64,000 bases of DNA from Botryllus schlosseri (Eukaryota): NCBI GenBank assembly GCA_051294905.1, contig CM119385.1, positions 10,974,001 to 11,038,000 on the forward strand, written 5' to 3'. A model generated the notes under the pieces. It saw nothing but the letters and a program-made list of their open reading frames with translations. It made no database searches and was not told the DNA's origin. A program made the position numbers and the translations under genes. Positions 11,601-27,714 of the stretch are shown here, one piece after another (positions within the stretch are counted from its first letter, which is position 1; each line of letters starts with the position of its first letter).

Positions 11601-14600
11601 AATGTACTAGAGCAAATAGTTTTAAACGTAGGTTTGGTCGATTGGTGGCATCCTTTTTGCAGTTAATCGAAGGTGTGCACTAGGGCTCTTCAAAAATGAC
11701 TTTTTTTCTCAAATCGTACTGGCTACTTGATAAAATTGTTAGGTTACCTAATTTAAGCCTACACAAAAAATTTGGTACAATTCCAGCCAGTAACCGCTTT
11801 GCTACAGGAGAAGAAAGTTTCTATTTATTATATAAAAATGAATAATGAAAATTTTGAAAATTTTCTGTTCACCCCATGAAAGTGTTAGGCTGTCTATAGT
11901 AACGATGCTGACCAAATTTGGTTCAATTCCAACCAACGGAAGCGGAGTTATTGCCGTCGAAAAATTTGGATTTGAATAAAATAGTATTTACGGTGACCGA
12001 TTCTTTGTTTATTTATTATAGTTGTGCTCACCGTAAATACTATTTTATGCGAATCCAAATTTTTCGACGGCAATAACTCCGCTTCCGCTGGTTGGAATTG
12101 AACCAAATTTGGTGAGCATCGTTTCTATAGACAGCCTAACACTTTCATGGGGTGAACAGAAAGTTTTCAAATTTTTTATTATTTATTTTTATATAATAAA
12201 TAGAAACTTTCTTCTCCTGTAGCAAAGCGGTTACTGGCTGGAATTGAACCAAATTTTGTGTGTAGGCTTAAATTAGGTAACCTAATAATTTTATCAAGTA
12301 GCCAGTACGATTTGAGAAAAAAAGTGATTTTTGTAGAGCCCTAGTGTGCACCTTCAAAATTGCCGGACGTATCTTGGCCGCTAATGCAAAATGACGCTAT
12401 GAATAAGTGTATTTTCCGAAATATATTCAGTTTCCATGATGTGAGGACTCCTTCACTAAGTTGTCACGACAATTTCTATCCTGAAACGAAAGAAATATAT
12501 TGCATCACTATTTCTGTGTTCTAAAATCCACAGTTATCAAGTAAGTAGTACTGCGTAAAAACTTGAGTATAAGTGGAAAAGTCGTCTAAAAAGATTACCA
12601 CATGAGTAAGTAATGCAAAACCTGCTAAAAGTAATCGGAGAAAGTAGAAGTAGTGACGACCTCTGTGAGCTGGCGTAGTGCAGTTCGTGGGAATGCGATT
12701 CTCATCCTGAGGTGGTCAGTGACTGAATACTTGTGCTTCTCCAGGGTATTCAATTAGGATTTGCCGTGTTTGTTTCTTTATGGAAAATAGGCCTTCCTAT
12801 AATGCTTGCTTTTTTACTTATTTGGAAATCAATGCTTGTGTTTGAGTAGATATTTACTTGAATGTGTTTTTTAAACTACTTCTGCATGTAATTTAGTATA
12901 AATGTACATTACCGTCTCTGCCCGGCAGTGTGTGCACCGGCAAGCTGTCTGTTTTCCCTAGCTTATCAATTCTATTTTACCTTGCAGCACAATCGGGCCG
13001 GAACAGCTACAATCGTTCGCGTTGGAAAGCATCGTCGGCGTCACGAGCGGACTGAGATCGCTGACGACGGTGATCGCAGCCGGCGTCTTCGACGAGAAAA
13101 AACCCGTTCTGCCCGGTTTCCTTCTCGTGTTCGCCGTGCCCTTTTCCGCCGCCGACAAGTGCCTGCAGTTTCAGAAGCGCCTCCTGGCTAGCGTCGCTCA
13201 GTGTAAAGTCATTAACGCCAACACGCTGCCGCGGAGGGTGCCGGTCAAAAACGTTTTCAAAGAGGATTACGCCTTGCCGGCTAGACCGGCTGACGCGCGC
13301 AGGCCTTTCTCTGATTTTTTGGAGAAGAATTTCTCGGAAAACGTGTTGCTGCATCTGGACTTGTCTGCCCCTGATGTTCAGTATTCCGGTTCTGCAGATT
13401 TCGAACGCCTTCTCAACGAGGATATGTTCTGCCATTTTCCGTGCTCTCTACTCGATGGTAAGATGTCTTGCGTTGGTTTTGCTAGAAGTGGTCACAGTAA
13501 AGAAGTACTTCTACTCTTTTTGCGTACTTAATACTTACCACTACTTGAGTCGTGAGTCTAGGGCGCTTCCACTTCACAGATTTCTGTTTGTTGGGCAAAT
13601 CCAAACCTAAAATACTTTTTACCGACTTGGAAATCGCAACTTTTACTTGTACTTGAGCACCAAAGATGACTGCTTTGACCACCTCAGAAAGCAGTTGACA
13701 TTGGTGCTCAAGTGGAAGTAACGTCATAAATTTCTGCTAGAGTACAAGTGGAATTAGTGATTTTCAAGTAAGTATTCTAGACCTCGTGTTGCCAAGTAGA
13801 AGTCTGCAAAACCTGCTCTAGTACTTCAAATAAGTAGAAGTACTCCATCACTGGCTGGCTTTCTTTACTAGAAGTAGAAGTGATCTAAAACCTAATTTTT
13901 GTTTTTGCTAAGCAGACGGTCAAGGCGCGGAGATGCCGGCTTTGTTTGTGATCTCCTGCAGCGGGTCGCTGTCTGTGGTGCACGAAAATTTCGAACTGGC
14001 CATGCGAGCGTACGCTATGGCTTTGCTGCTTAGCGTGAAAGAAAAGGGTCGAGAGAAAGTGCTGGAGGATGAGAACTCGCTGATCATCTCGAAATTGAGC
14101 GCGGTTCACGCTTCGAATCAGATGTTCGGCATCAAATTCACCAAACCCAGCGCGGTGCTGACTGGCTTTGTGCGATTTGCGAATCAGTCCGATTATCTGC
14201 AGCTTTGTTTCAAGGACGATGAGGTAATGTGCAGTTTGCGATTTAGTGAGGAGGTCAATTGAGTCATCGTTGCTGCCCAAGTAAAAATAGAAGTCGGGCC
14301 GTAAATTTCTACTCGATTAACAAGTAGAATCGGCAATTTCAAAGACATGTCGAATCTGCTTACAAGTAGAAGTGGAAAACGGAGCTGAAACGTACTGTAG
14401 TATGTAGTTTCGAAAAATATATTTGGTCGACGGGTCACATACTTGGCAATTGATTGAATATTGGAATTGCAGATTTGCAGGAATTCATGACCAATGAAAA
14501 ATGTCTGCTAGTAGCAGTGCAGGTCGGGTGATGATCGTCTCACCACTATGCTAACTCCCACACAGTCATATCCCAAAAGTAATTTCTACTTTACAAAATT

Positions 14601-14800
14601 TAAGGTGTAAGAAGTAGTGCAAGTCGGCAAAACCCACTTCCGTTCTATGCATTCTAAAGCAACTACAATAGCTTTGTTACTGACAGGTCGGTTGGAGTTT
14701 GAAGCTGTCGGACGCGAACGCCGTCGAGCATGCGTTGTCGCTTATAGCTGAGTTTGTGGAGTTGGAAGGAAGACCATCCTTGAATATGAGTTGGCGTTGA
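2606..14800 (+). CDS. STK11IP: Serine/threonine kinase 11-interacting protein (LRR, CxxC and C-terminal PH-like regions); 5' exons lie upstream of the window
   Basis: Phase-consistent GT-AG exons: 2606-2779, 3456-3587, 3649-3819, 3963-4023, 4546-4683, 5965-6067, 6130-6271, 6333-6427, 6486-6609, 10169-10640, 10820-11282, 12988-13457, 13916-14223, 14687-14800 (TGA). The translation follows recalled STK11IP order: LRR (YLPYNDLSDLEGLQVLENVIELDVGHNLL), LNLRGNPMCCRSKHR...FCLDGKQL, CLKCSSQL...CTCGSNM, EWLRAFIEDELL, CLLIVTSAYLHII. Middle exon boundaries (5965, 6609->10169) are less certain. Confidence 0.8.
4691..5102. mobile_element. Decayed GACTCGAGTC-rich hAT-type MITE (CAGTGTTGG family)
   Basis: Starts cagtgt..., ends ...atgccaacactg and contains many gactcgagtc/caagtc motifs. 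TSD not recognisable. Confidence 0.55.
5300..5430 (-). mobile_element. 3' UTR fragment of the L2/CR1-type LINE
   Basis: gtcgaaacgacttggag...gcctaggcaatgtagaaaagaggc...acactgaatgaa matches the 3' ends at 24620-24780, 25400-25550 and 37980-38100. Confidence 0.7.
7541..8866. mobile_element. Nested hAT element, TIR CAGGCCGTGTTATTTTTGGCAT, carrying a transposase remnant
   Basis: 22-bp TIRs, perfect 8-bp TSD acaatgag (7533-7540, 8867-8874), and an extra internal copy of the right end finishing at 7655. Confidence 0.88.
8281..8550 (+). pseudogene. hAT-type transposase C-terminal (dimerisation-region) relic
   Basis: One frame with two internal stops: EENSFRDEIDGTGEVISFHDAWKPVRPSKDFEALKTFCG*LATFFLSTATVEADISQIRWARNEFWRNLAALSL*ALLQCKRFKSIQQL*. 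STATVEADIS corresponds to the hAT [ST]xxxEx.FS motif. Confidence 0.7.
9800..10070 (-). mobile_element. Dispersed repeat bearing a minimal hammerhead motif (9865-9900); probable Penelope-like/retrozyme fragment
   Basis: Homologous over ~260 nt to 28228-28490 and partly to 20040-20135, 40995-41115 and 2470-2580. Minus strand reads aactc-CTGACGA-G-tgtcagc-C-GGAA-ATAT-TC-gggtt. Confidence 0.7.
11458..12665. mobile_element. Old AGTAGAAGTA-rich DNA-transposon family, TIR CAGAGGTGGTCA
   Basis: cagaggtggtca ... tgacgacctctg. Decayed copies or fragments in both orientations at about 2090-2230, 4385-4510, 10700-10805, 12705-12900, 13485-13690, 13740-13890, 14280-14680, 20400-20500, 22550-22720, 23480-23600, 42100-42340 and 50930-51600. 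TSD not matched. Confidence 0.6.
11681..12343. mobile_element. Near-perfect fold-back hAT-type element (663 bp, arms ~310 bp)
   Basis: tagggctct ... agagcccta with a perfect 8-bp TSD gtgtgcac (11673-11680, 12344-12351). The arms are reverse complements that meet around 11997-12027. Confidence 0.9.
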
Positions 14801-15093
14801 TACTTTCATTCGTTATTGCAATTCAACGTTGATCTGATGTTGAATATTTATGTTGGCTATCCGATATGTGCAATTCTTTTTCATTTTGCCTGTATTTGCC
14901 TGATATATACGAAATATATCTGAACTTGAATTTACTACCGACTTGACGAATTGATGCGTTGGCAGTGCTGCCGGTTGCGACGTGTATTCTTTTGAGGCGC
15001 AAATTGCTAGAAACCATGTCATGAAATATATCCCGTTATTATCACGATGGTGACGATGGACTCTACACCACAAAACCGGTAGTCGACTTATCG

Positions 15094-15660
15094 CAGGGTT
15101 GTAACCAAGTCTCAAGTCAATCTCACTTTTATAGTTTTGACTGGAGTCAAGTCGAGTCATTCTCAATTTACCACCAAGTCAGCGAGCAGAGAGTCGAGTC
15201 CGAGTCATGGTATTATCATAGTCTTTATTATAGTTTTATAAAGGCTATGGTATTATGACTCGAGTCGAAGTCATTGTGTTGACTGCTCAGTTTCTAGTTG
15301 AAGTCTTGCTAAACCCACATTTTATAACTCTGTTTGGTGATATCGAATGGATCGCAATTATAATATACTAATTTTCCGCACTGTTGGCAGTTTCTGATCG
15401 CATTTTCATGTATCACTACCAATAGACGAAGTCCCGATAGTGTGATTACTTAACTATTTACTTTACTGTTCTTCGAAATTACAATGAAATGTCGGTCTTG
15501 GCTGTCTGAGTCTCGAGTCATGCGAAATGACTCTGGTCCAAGTCGAGTCAATGCACAGGTTGACTCGAGTCGAGTCATATTACCGTATTTTGAAAAAATG
15601 GCTCGAGTCATCAGAAAATCGTGACTCGAGTCGGACTAGCGTCGAGTCATTACAACCCTG
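15094..15660. mobile_element. hAT MITE family A (TIR CAGGGTTGTAA, GACTCGAGTC-rich)
   Basis: cagggttgtaa ... ttacaaccctg. TSD acttatcg/acttctcg (1 mismatch). Confidence 0.92.
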
Positions 15661-16651
15661 ACTTCTCGTCTCACATTGCACAACGAACGTATAGTACGTG
15701 AGGTGCGATAACTTTTCGATGTCGCAAATTTTTTTGAAGACAGGTATGCGAAAACAATTTCATATTTGAAACCGGCCAGCAGATTTAAGTGGTTGCCGTG
15801 TTTATATTTATAACTGACCCCGGGGTTAGAGCATCACCTAGTGATAAAATACCAAGATGCAGGCTTGGGGGCTTGGTTGGGCATCGCGTAGCTCAGTGAT
15901 CGCGATTCGCGAAGGCGTAACAGTTGAGAGGTATCGGGAGCCGCCGCTGATAAAAGACGTTAAGGTACATGGGGAATATCGCTCACAATAATTTATATTT
16001 ATCACTTATCCCGCGATGGGATCAGTTGGTAGGATACGCAGCTTGCTGTTATTCAGTTTTAGTTCTGGTACAACGTCACAGTGCCGTATCAATTTGCTAA
16101 GCAGAACTATGCAGATAATGATCACTTTCTCGTTGGGTATCTTAAAGTCATGCTATGGATGGTCAAGAATGGGCCAGCTGTCAAAAAACAATTGATGGTG
16201 AAAAAGATGATGACCCGTATACCCTAATGTACGTCGTACAACGTACGGTAATACAACTGGTAATATTTATAATACTGATGTCGTGATGTGCAAGTATAGA
16301 AGGACAATGATCGTGTGATATGTTAGTTTATGGCAATAATTACATGTCTAATCAGTAATCATGCTTATCAAGATCAATTAACTGTCATCCAGAACATACC
16401 ATAATGATTTTCTGCCTTGGATTAAAATGTTGAATGTAATTGAGCACTGCACTGTTGCAATTACTACGGTAGATTTAATTGGAGGGTCCTGTACCCGACT
16501 GTACTATTGCTAGTAATGCTGTGGTGGTCACCTAGTTATGGTTTACTGATATTCCAATCTCATGACATTTTTTTTTATCACAGATTAACATCTTAGGCTT
16601 GTTCAAGCAACACCAATCATTTAACGCAATGCTTGCATTTTGATTAGTGCC

Positions 16652-17848
16652 ATGAAAGTTCAACGCTCCGTATCGTGTTCGGTTTTGTCATCTCAAACAA
16701 ATCCTATCGTACCTGACGGACCATCTCCAAATGCGGACTTAAACAAATTACCCTCATCCGATCCGTCAAAGCCGTTTTACCGAGTTTCTTCAGAACATTC
16801 GCGCCGGCTGATAACTTTCGGATATAATTTAACCTCTTCAGTAACCGATGCGTTTATCGTGTATCCGTGCTTGGTGCTTCGAAGACGATGTCAAGTCAGC
16901 TGTATGGGCCGGAGATACCATCTCACCCCGGTATCCATAATTGATGTAGCGATTCGCTTACAAAGATCTCAAGGGATCACGTGTTTATGGAAAGGAGTAG
17001 GCAGCCATCTTATGATCAATGCGATGACGTTTGGCGTGGAATCTTCTATGAGTGAATTCAACGAGAATCTTGCTATCGACGTGAACAGGCATTCCAAGGT
17101 GAAAAAGCTACTCGGACATGTAGTTTTGAAAGCGTTGTCTGCCGCGGTTGTTATGCCGTTTTATTCTTCTCACCTTGTCGAAAGTGTGGAGAGTGAAGCA
17201 GCAAGCGAGCCTCGTGGCATTTTTGGATTTATTTTCGAAGGACTTTACAGACTCGCCGGCTACGCTGGCATACAAAGCCACAGACTGTTACCATTTCGCA
17301 ATTTATTAATACCCACTGTGCTTTATTTCCTCGCTAAATATCTCCTGTCAAACTTACTCGAAATTCTAATCTTGACCGTGTTCAGATATAATGAAAAACG
17401 AAAGCACGATCTTCTCCTCAAATCTGCCCACCCATTCTCACCCACGGGTACGGACGTTGGATCCGTTCCAGGCGTCGCTGTAACTAAAGACAGATCCCTA
17501 GATGCTTTGTACATGAAGCGCACTGCCTGTATTGAATCGCAATACCATGAGTTCTTGTCTACATTTTTCGCCAGTCTTGTAACTGATATTTTGCTCTATC
17601 CGGTTGAGACGGTTCTGTTTCGTCTTCACGTGCAAGGCACTAGAACAATAATTGACGATATGGACAGAGGAAAAGGCTTCCTGCCGGTTAGCTCACGCCA
17701 TGAAGGATTTTCTGATTGTTATCGTACTATAAAATCAGTGGAAGGAAGACTTGGATTTTTTAGAGGCTTTGGCTCGCTAATGTTGCAATATGCTATGAGA
17801 TTTTCCATTTTCAAATTAGTACACCTTGTGTCGACATTGTATTCTTGA
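16652..17848 (+). CDS. SLC25A46: Mitochondrial outer-membrane carrier-family protein SLC25A46, single coding exon, 398 aa
   Basis: Uninterrupted ORF with YPCLVLRRRCQV..RYHLTP, LWKGVGS, PFYSSHLVESVESE, ILLYPVETVLFRLHVQGTRTIIDDMDRG, YEG-like HEGFSDC and EGRLGFFRGFGSLMLQYA. All match recalled SLC25A46 motifs. First in-frame ATG is at 16652; the ORF-track start is a TTG. Confidence 0.93.
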   Translation: MKVQRSVSCSVLSSQTNPIVPDGPSPNADLNKLPSSDPSKPFYRVSSEHSRRLITFGYNLTSSVTDAFIVYPCLVLRRRCQVSCMGRRYHLTPVSIIDVAIRLQRSQGITCLWKGVGSHLMINAMTFGVESSMSEFNENLAIDVNRHSKVKKLLGHVVLKALSAAVVMPFYSSHLVESVESEAASEPRGIFGFIFEGLYRLAGYAGIQSHRLLPFRNLLIPTVLYFLAKYLLSNLLEILILTVFRYNEKRKHDLLLKSAHPFSPTGTDVGSVPGVAVTKDRSLDALYMKRTACIESQYHEFLSTFFASLVTDILLYPVETVLFRLHVQGTRTIIDDMDRGKGFLPVSSRHEGFSDCYRTIKSVEGRLGFFRGFGSLMLQYAMRFSIFKLVHLVSTLYS

Positions 17849-18487
17849 ACAGAATAGCAGATTAAAATTGTTATTTGTGTGTACCGTAATGTATTCCTAA
17901 CTCATAATATTCTTATAGTATTGTACTATTGGTAACAGCGGTTGATGGCTTCACTTGCAATGACCCCTGGGCTATATAGGCCTATCGCACTTTTTGCAGC
18001 AAAAGTATCGAAAAAGCGAGCCAATTCATTGACACGAAGGTCATTTTCGGATTGAGCAAATGTACAGCAAATGTGACCAGAGTCATATCTTTATCATATG
18101 GTATCTAATATGGTAGTCATATTGGTTGCACGTAATTTGAGCATGCCACACACCGAAAAGGACAGTTGAGCATGCGACACTTACTTTACAACCATCAAAC
18201 TAGCCCTAAACACAAAATTATCCCTTATCCCAACCGTAACCCACGTACTCAAGTGGCGCATGCTCATGTCAATGGGCCGGTAATAATAATCTATTGTATA
18301 TTGGCAGTGCAGATTCATTACCAGAGTAAATTAAATTTAATTGTTCGAGTATTTTCTTCTTGTATTACCATTTATTTGCTTTCTTGTGTGTGAATTCTCA
18401 GTAGCTGAAAGCTAGCATGTGTGAATTTCAAGTTTAATGTGAATCGACTGTGATGTTCTTCAGAATCTGTAAACTTTATACCTTTAA

Positions 18488-23956
<5,469 letters not shown>

Positions 23957-24420
23957 CGCGTCGGAGAAGTGTGCTCTGCCGAATATGACTATGACATGTC
24001 CTGATTATTGGACTGTAGTTACTGCACTCAGTTTTTCCAGACTTTGCTAGGCTTTCAGTATTTCGATCTCGTTTCAAATGGTTCAGTTATGTTTGTAAAT
24101 ACCCAGCCTGAAATGATTATGTGCGGGAATATTTAGGTTTCATTTATGCTGATTTCCTCGTTATTTCTTGTAACTGACTGATCAACCTTGTCTAACCGGT
24201 CTTCTGTTTTATCATGTTGGCACTTGGGTGGTTGTGCATGCTGTGCGTGTGCATACAATTGTACACAGTATAGTATACCCGTAGCTTATGAATAATTGTT
24301 TCATGTATGCAATTACAACTGAATGATGGTATTTTGGGGGATTTATTTCATTCAAAGGTGGGTGGGTGGCATCCTTCATGACACTAGACTGGTTTCTAGA
24401 TGATCACTAGCATTTCATAC

Positions 24421-24560
24421 TTAGCGTTGTGCTGATGATAAGCGCCTGCTACCCGGGCGGAACGGGTTCGATTCCGCATCCGAGGCTTGTCTGGGCTCCG
24501 CTTCTTCCGCGTCGACTCGATGAAAGAACGCGCTCACAAGGAATAGAAAAAGCCGCGGAA
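24421..24560 (+). mobile_element. tRNA-derived SINE family S2 (decayed)
   Basis: B-box-like gggttcgattcc followed by gaggcttgtctgggctcc, which is shared with 26700-26903 (-) and 54143-54265 (+). Confidence 0.55.
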
Positions 24561-24619
24561 TAGAGATTTCCATCAAAAAAGAATTGCGGCATCGGACACC
24601 AGTTTCAAGTTTATTCATA

Positions 24620-25075
24620 AAATTTCATCACTTCAAATCGTCGCAAGACTGCAATACAATGAACGGTAGGAAGATGCCGAAACGACTAGTTGTCTTAAGA
24701 TCAGACACCCACCTGGGTCTAGGCGATGTGAAGAGGAGGCATGCACACTGAATGAAAGTAAAGAAGAGGATATAAAGTGGCAAGTGACGGAAGGCGAGAT
24801 CGATATGTCAGGTCGTGGTCCGGTAAATGGTGAGGGCTGACTATGACTAGTATTCATTCAGCAGAAATTGATTGTATTTCGATTGGAATGTGGACATGCT
24901 CAACAACTGTCGGATAGCCGGCGATATACTGTTCCACACTTCAGGTCCGGCATATTCAATAGAGCGATAATCTTTTTTGTCAACCATATGATAGGTGGAC
25001 GCGCGTGTGTCGTACTTATTCACTGCAACTGGTCGTTCCACTCGTTTGGCAGGGTTATCAGGGGGTTGAAGTTGA
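24620..25075 (-). mobile_element. 5'-truncated L2/CR1-type LINE 3' end
   Basis: ORF2 C-terminus YDTRAST..RSIEYAGPEVWNSISPAIRQLLSMSTFQSKYNQFLLNEY plus the shared 3' UTR. Confidence 0.78.
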
Positions 25076-25357
25076 AGACTGGGCTAGATTTCGCCTGATT
25101 GGGTTACGGGGCATGTTGTGCTAGGGATTACAAATCCAGAAATAGTTTCATTTTCATATCATCTAGAAGTCCAAGTCAAGTACGATTTAAATTGCTCTAA
25201 AGATGACCAATATCATACCTTACAACCAGTCACCCATATCCGATCCAAATCTTCAATTCCGCTTTTTCCAAATCCATGCTTAGCTTATCTCAACATGGTG
25301 ACATCTCTTTACCGTAGCCTTTATAAAAGGACTACGGGTTACTGTAAAGGCTATGCC

Positions 25358-26389
25358 CTCATCATCATCATCATTGGTTTATTAGCAATTTTATCAGTTC
25401 AATACACCACAAAAATGCGATAGGCTACAATGAAAAGACAGGAAGATGTCGAAGCGACTTGGAGTAGTCTATGGCATGACACACACCGTGGCCTAGGCGA
25501 TGTAAAGAGGAGGCATGCACAGTAGCACACTGAATGAAAGTAAAGAATATAGTATAGAAAAAAAACTACAAGAATCAGTCGTGGTCCGGTAATCTTGAGG
25601 ATGGACTGTATTTATTTAGTAGTAATTGCTTGTATTTCGACTTGAATTTGGACATGCTCGTCGACTGTCGGATGGTCGGCGGGATACTGTTCCACACATC
25701 AGGTCCGGCATATTTGATAGAGCGATGATCTTTTCGGTCGATCATATAATATTTGGACGACGTGGACGCGCGTGTGTTGTACGTGCGCTTTTGATTCCGA
25801 GGTAAAGAAGTCATTGAAATATTCGGGGCAACGACCGCAGTGGAACTGATACATAAACTTGGCGATTTCTAGTTTCCGCATATCTTCTATGTTTAGGACG
25901 CCGAATCTCTTCAGCAGCGACTTGTTGGATAGGCAGCCAGGCCCCTTTGGGGCCCTAGCTATGATTCGGAGTTGCTGTAGTTGCTATGATTCGGAGATGC
26001 TGTAGTTTTTGCAGTGGCTTGAGTGCAGTTTTACTGGCAGCTCCCCAACAAAGGATGCCATAATGTAATTTCGATTGGATTGGATTAAGGATTTAAAGAG
26101 TATCAGAAGAACGGAGCGAGATAGTGTAATGGTTATGCGTCCGGCTTCTCGAGCGGTATGTCGTGGATTCGATCCCCGGCCGGGTCATACCAAAGACTCG
26201 AATATTGGTATCCGCAGCTATCCCGCTAGGCGCTCAGCAATCACGGATAACATGGAGGAGAAAAAAAACGGGGCCGTATCGCAACTCCGTCGTCAAAGCA
26301 TCTCGATGGTGCAGGCGAAAAAGAAAATCATATCTCTCTCTCTCTCTCTCTCACCCATGCTGGCATGAAGCCGCACTTCGGTGATAATT
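25358..26389 (-). mobile_element. 5'-truncated L2/CR1-type LINE with AATAAA and (ATG)n tail, interrupted by a SINE
   Basis: Reads KLSPKCGFMPAWVLLILFKSLIQSKLHYGILCWGAASKTALKPLQKLQ...RKLEIAKFMYQFHCG...RSIKYAGPDVWNSIPPTIRQSTSMSKFKSKYKQLLLNKY. Tail atcatcatcatcat at 25361-25374. Homology to 37376-38150 resumes on both sides of 26111-26352. Confidence 0.85.
26111..26352 (+). mobile_element. tRNA-derived SINE family S1 with (TC)n tail
   Basis: A-box tagtgtaatgg and B-box ggattcgatccc, then ccgggtcatacca, which is shared with 52960-53136 (-). Ends in a (tc)n run. Confidence 0.75.
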
Positions 26390-27250
26390 TAGTGGTTCCC
26401 AACCTACGTAGGTTAGTAATCTATACCCAACCTGTGGTATAGAAGGAATTCCAGGTGGTACGCGAGTAGATTCTGTATCGATTTTGTTCGGACGAAAGGA
26501 GTTATTAGTTCAGGTAACATAACAACATAACATGGTTGGGTTATATTTTTGAGCTGAACAAGTCACACACAATGTACAATGCGATAAGACACAATGCGAT
26601 GTCATGAACAGATAGGAGGATGTAGAACGACACGCATCAGTAGCGATCCGTTACTCTAACATCCACCTCGGCCTAGAGTGCCCGATGTCACAGTTCTTTT
26701 TCGATGTTGATCTCTTTGAAGCCGCGGCCCTTTCTACTAGTTCTTTTTCCATTCATTGTGAGTGCTTTCTTTCGTCGGGTCTTTTTCTGGGCTTTTTTGT
26801 CGCCGTAAGAACGGCAGGGGAAGAGGAGCCCAGATAAACCTCCGACGGGAATCGAACGCGATTCGCCTGCGTGCTGGGCGCTTATCGTAACCACTACACT
26901 ATGGGGTGATTTTGGGGTTGATTTTGAGTATTTTGGAGCCGTCGTCGTGGGTAGGGGCAATCCCACCAATGACGGCCTACGGGAAGAGAGCTAGTCGTAA
27001 AGCATTGGGATTTTTACATAACCGAATTCCATTTTAATATATTCGACAACAAGAATTCCGAATTGATTCACTACAGAAATCATATACTGGGCAGTTGGGC
27101 ACTTTATTTTCTGTTTCACTGCCTTCGCATCTCAACAAGGTGGAAAAATTTTTCGACCGCCTTCCGTGCGCGTAACTTATGTAGGTGGTACGCGAGCACG
27201 GCATAAAACCTCGAAATGGTACGTGGGTGGAAAAAGGTTGGGAACCACTG
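26390..27250. mobile_element. hAT (Charlie/SPIN-like) element, TIR (C)AGTGGTTCCCAACC, containing an S2 SINE at 26700-26903 (-)
   Basis: tagtggttcccaacct ... aggttgggaaccactg with ggtggtacgcgag subterminal motifs at both ends. No TSD match. Confidence 0.65.
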
Positions 27251-27714
27251 CCCTACGTATATTAATGCTGATTTCGCCGATATCTCAGACATCGCTAATT
27301 TATATCCACCCAAATTGTAGTGGCTTCTCAGTTCTCAATTCTCATCTCAGTTCAGTCCAGTATTGTTCGGTTCAGGTGTTTCGGTATCGAATGTTTACGG
27401 TTTATTGTAGGTTTATTGAGTTCGGCAGTTTCGGTCGCGGCGAGACAGTTTCATTTTACGTTATTTTCGCTCAACACCTCATAAAGAAGCGGCGTTCCGT
27501 AAGCTTATGCAACGAAGAAAATGATAAATTGGTTGTAATAATGTGTGATACATACCCATACCGTATTGGTAACGGGCCATACCACCAATAAGATGTTGAT
27601 CAAGAAGGAATCGTAGTGCAGCCGAGTGCTTTTGTTACGTACTATTGTTTCGATTCGGGCCAGAGAATTTCATTAAATGTGATATTATAGTCATGTGACG
27701 CAGAAATTCAGAGA

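Noticed and set aside
13458-14686. AGTAGAAGTA-rich repeat in many introns, considered as an introner or branch-point donor
   Set aside because: Copies occur in both orientations, have CAGAGGTGGTCA TIR-like ends and do not coincide with intron boundaries. It is an ordinary old DNA transposon.
16640-16651. ORF-track starts at 16640 and 29216
   Set aside because: These are TTG codons. In a eukaryote the starts are the ATGs at 16652 and 29276, and the latter begins a signal peptide.
26111-26195. tRNA-like sequences (also 24421, 26830-26903, 53060-53136, 54143)
   Set aside because: A and B boxes are present but there is no pairing acceptor stem, and they continue into shared SINE bodies. They are SINE heads, not tRNA genes.
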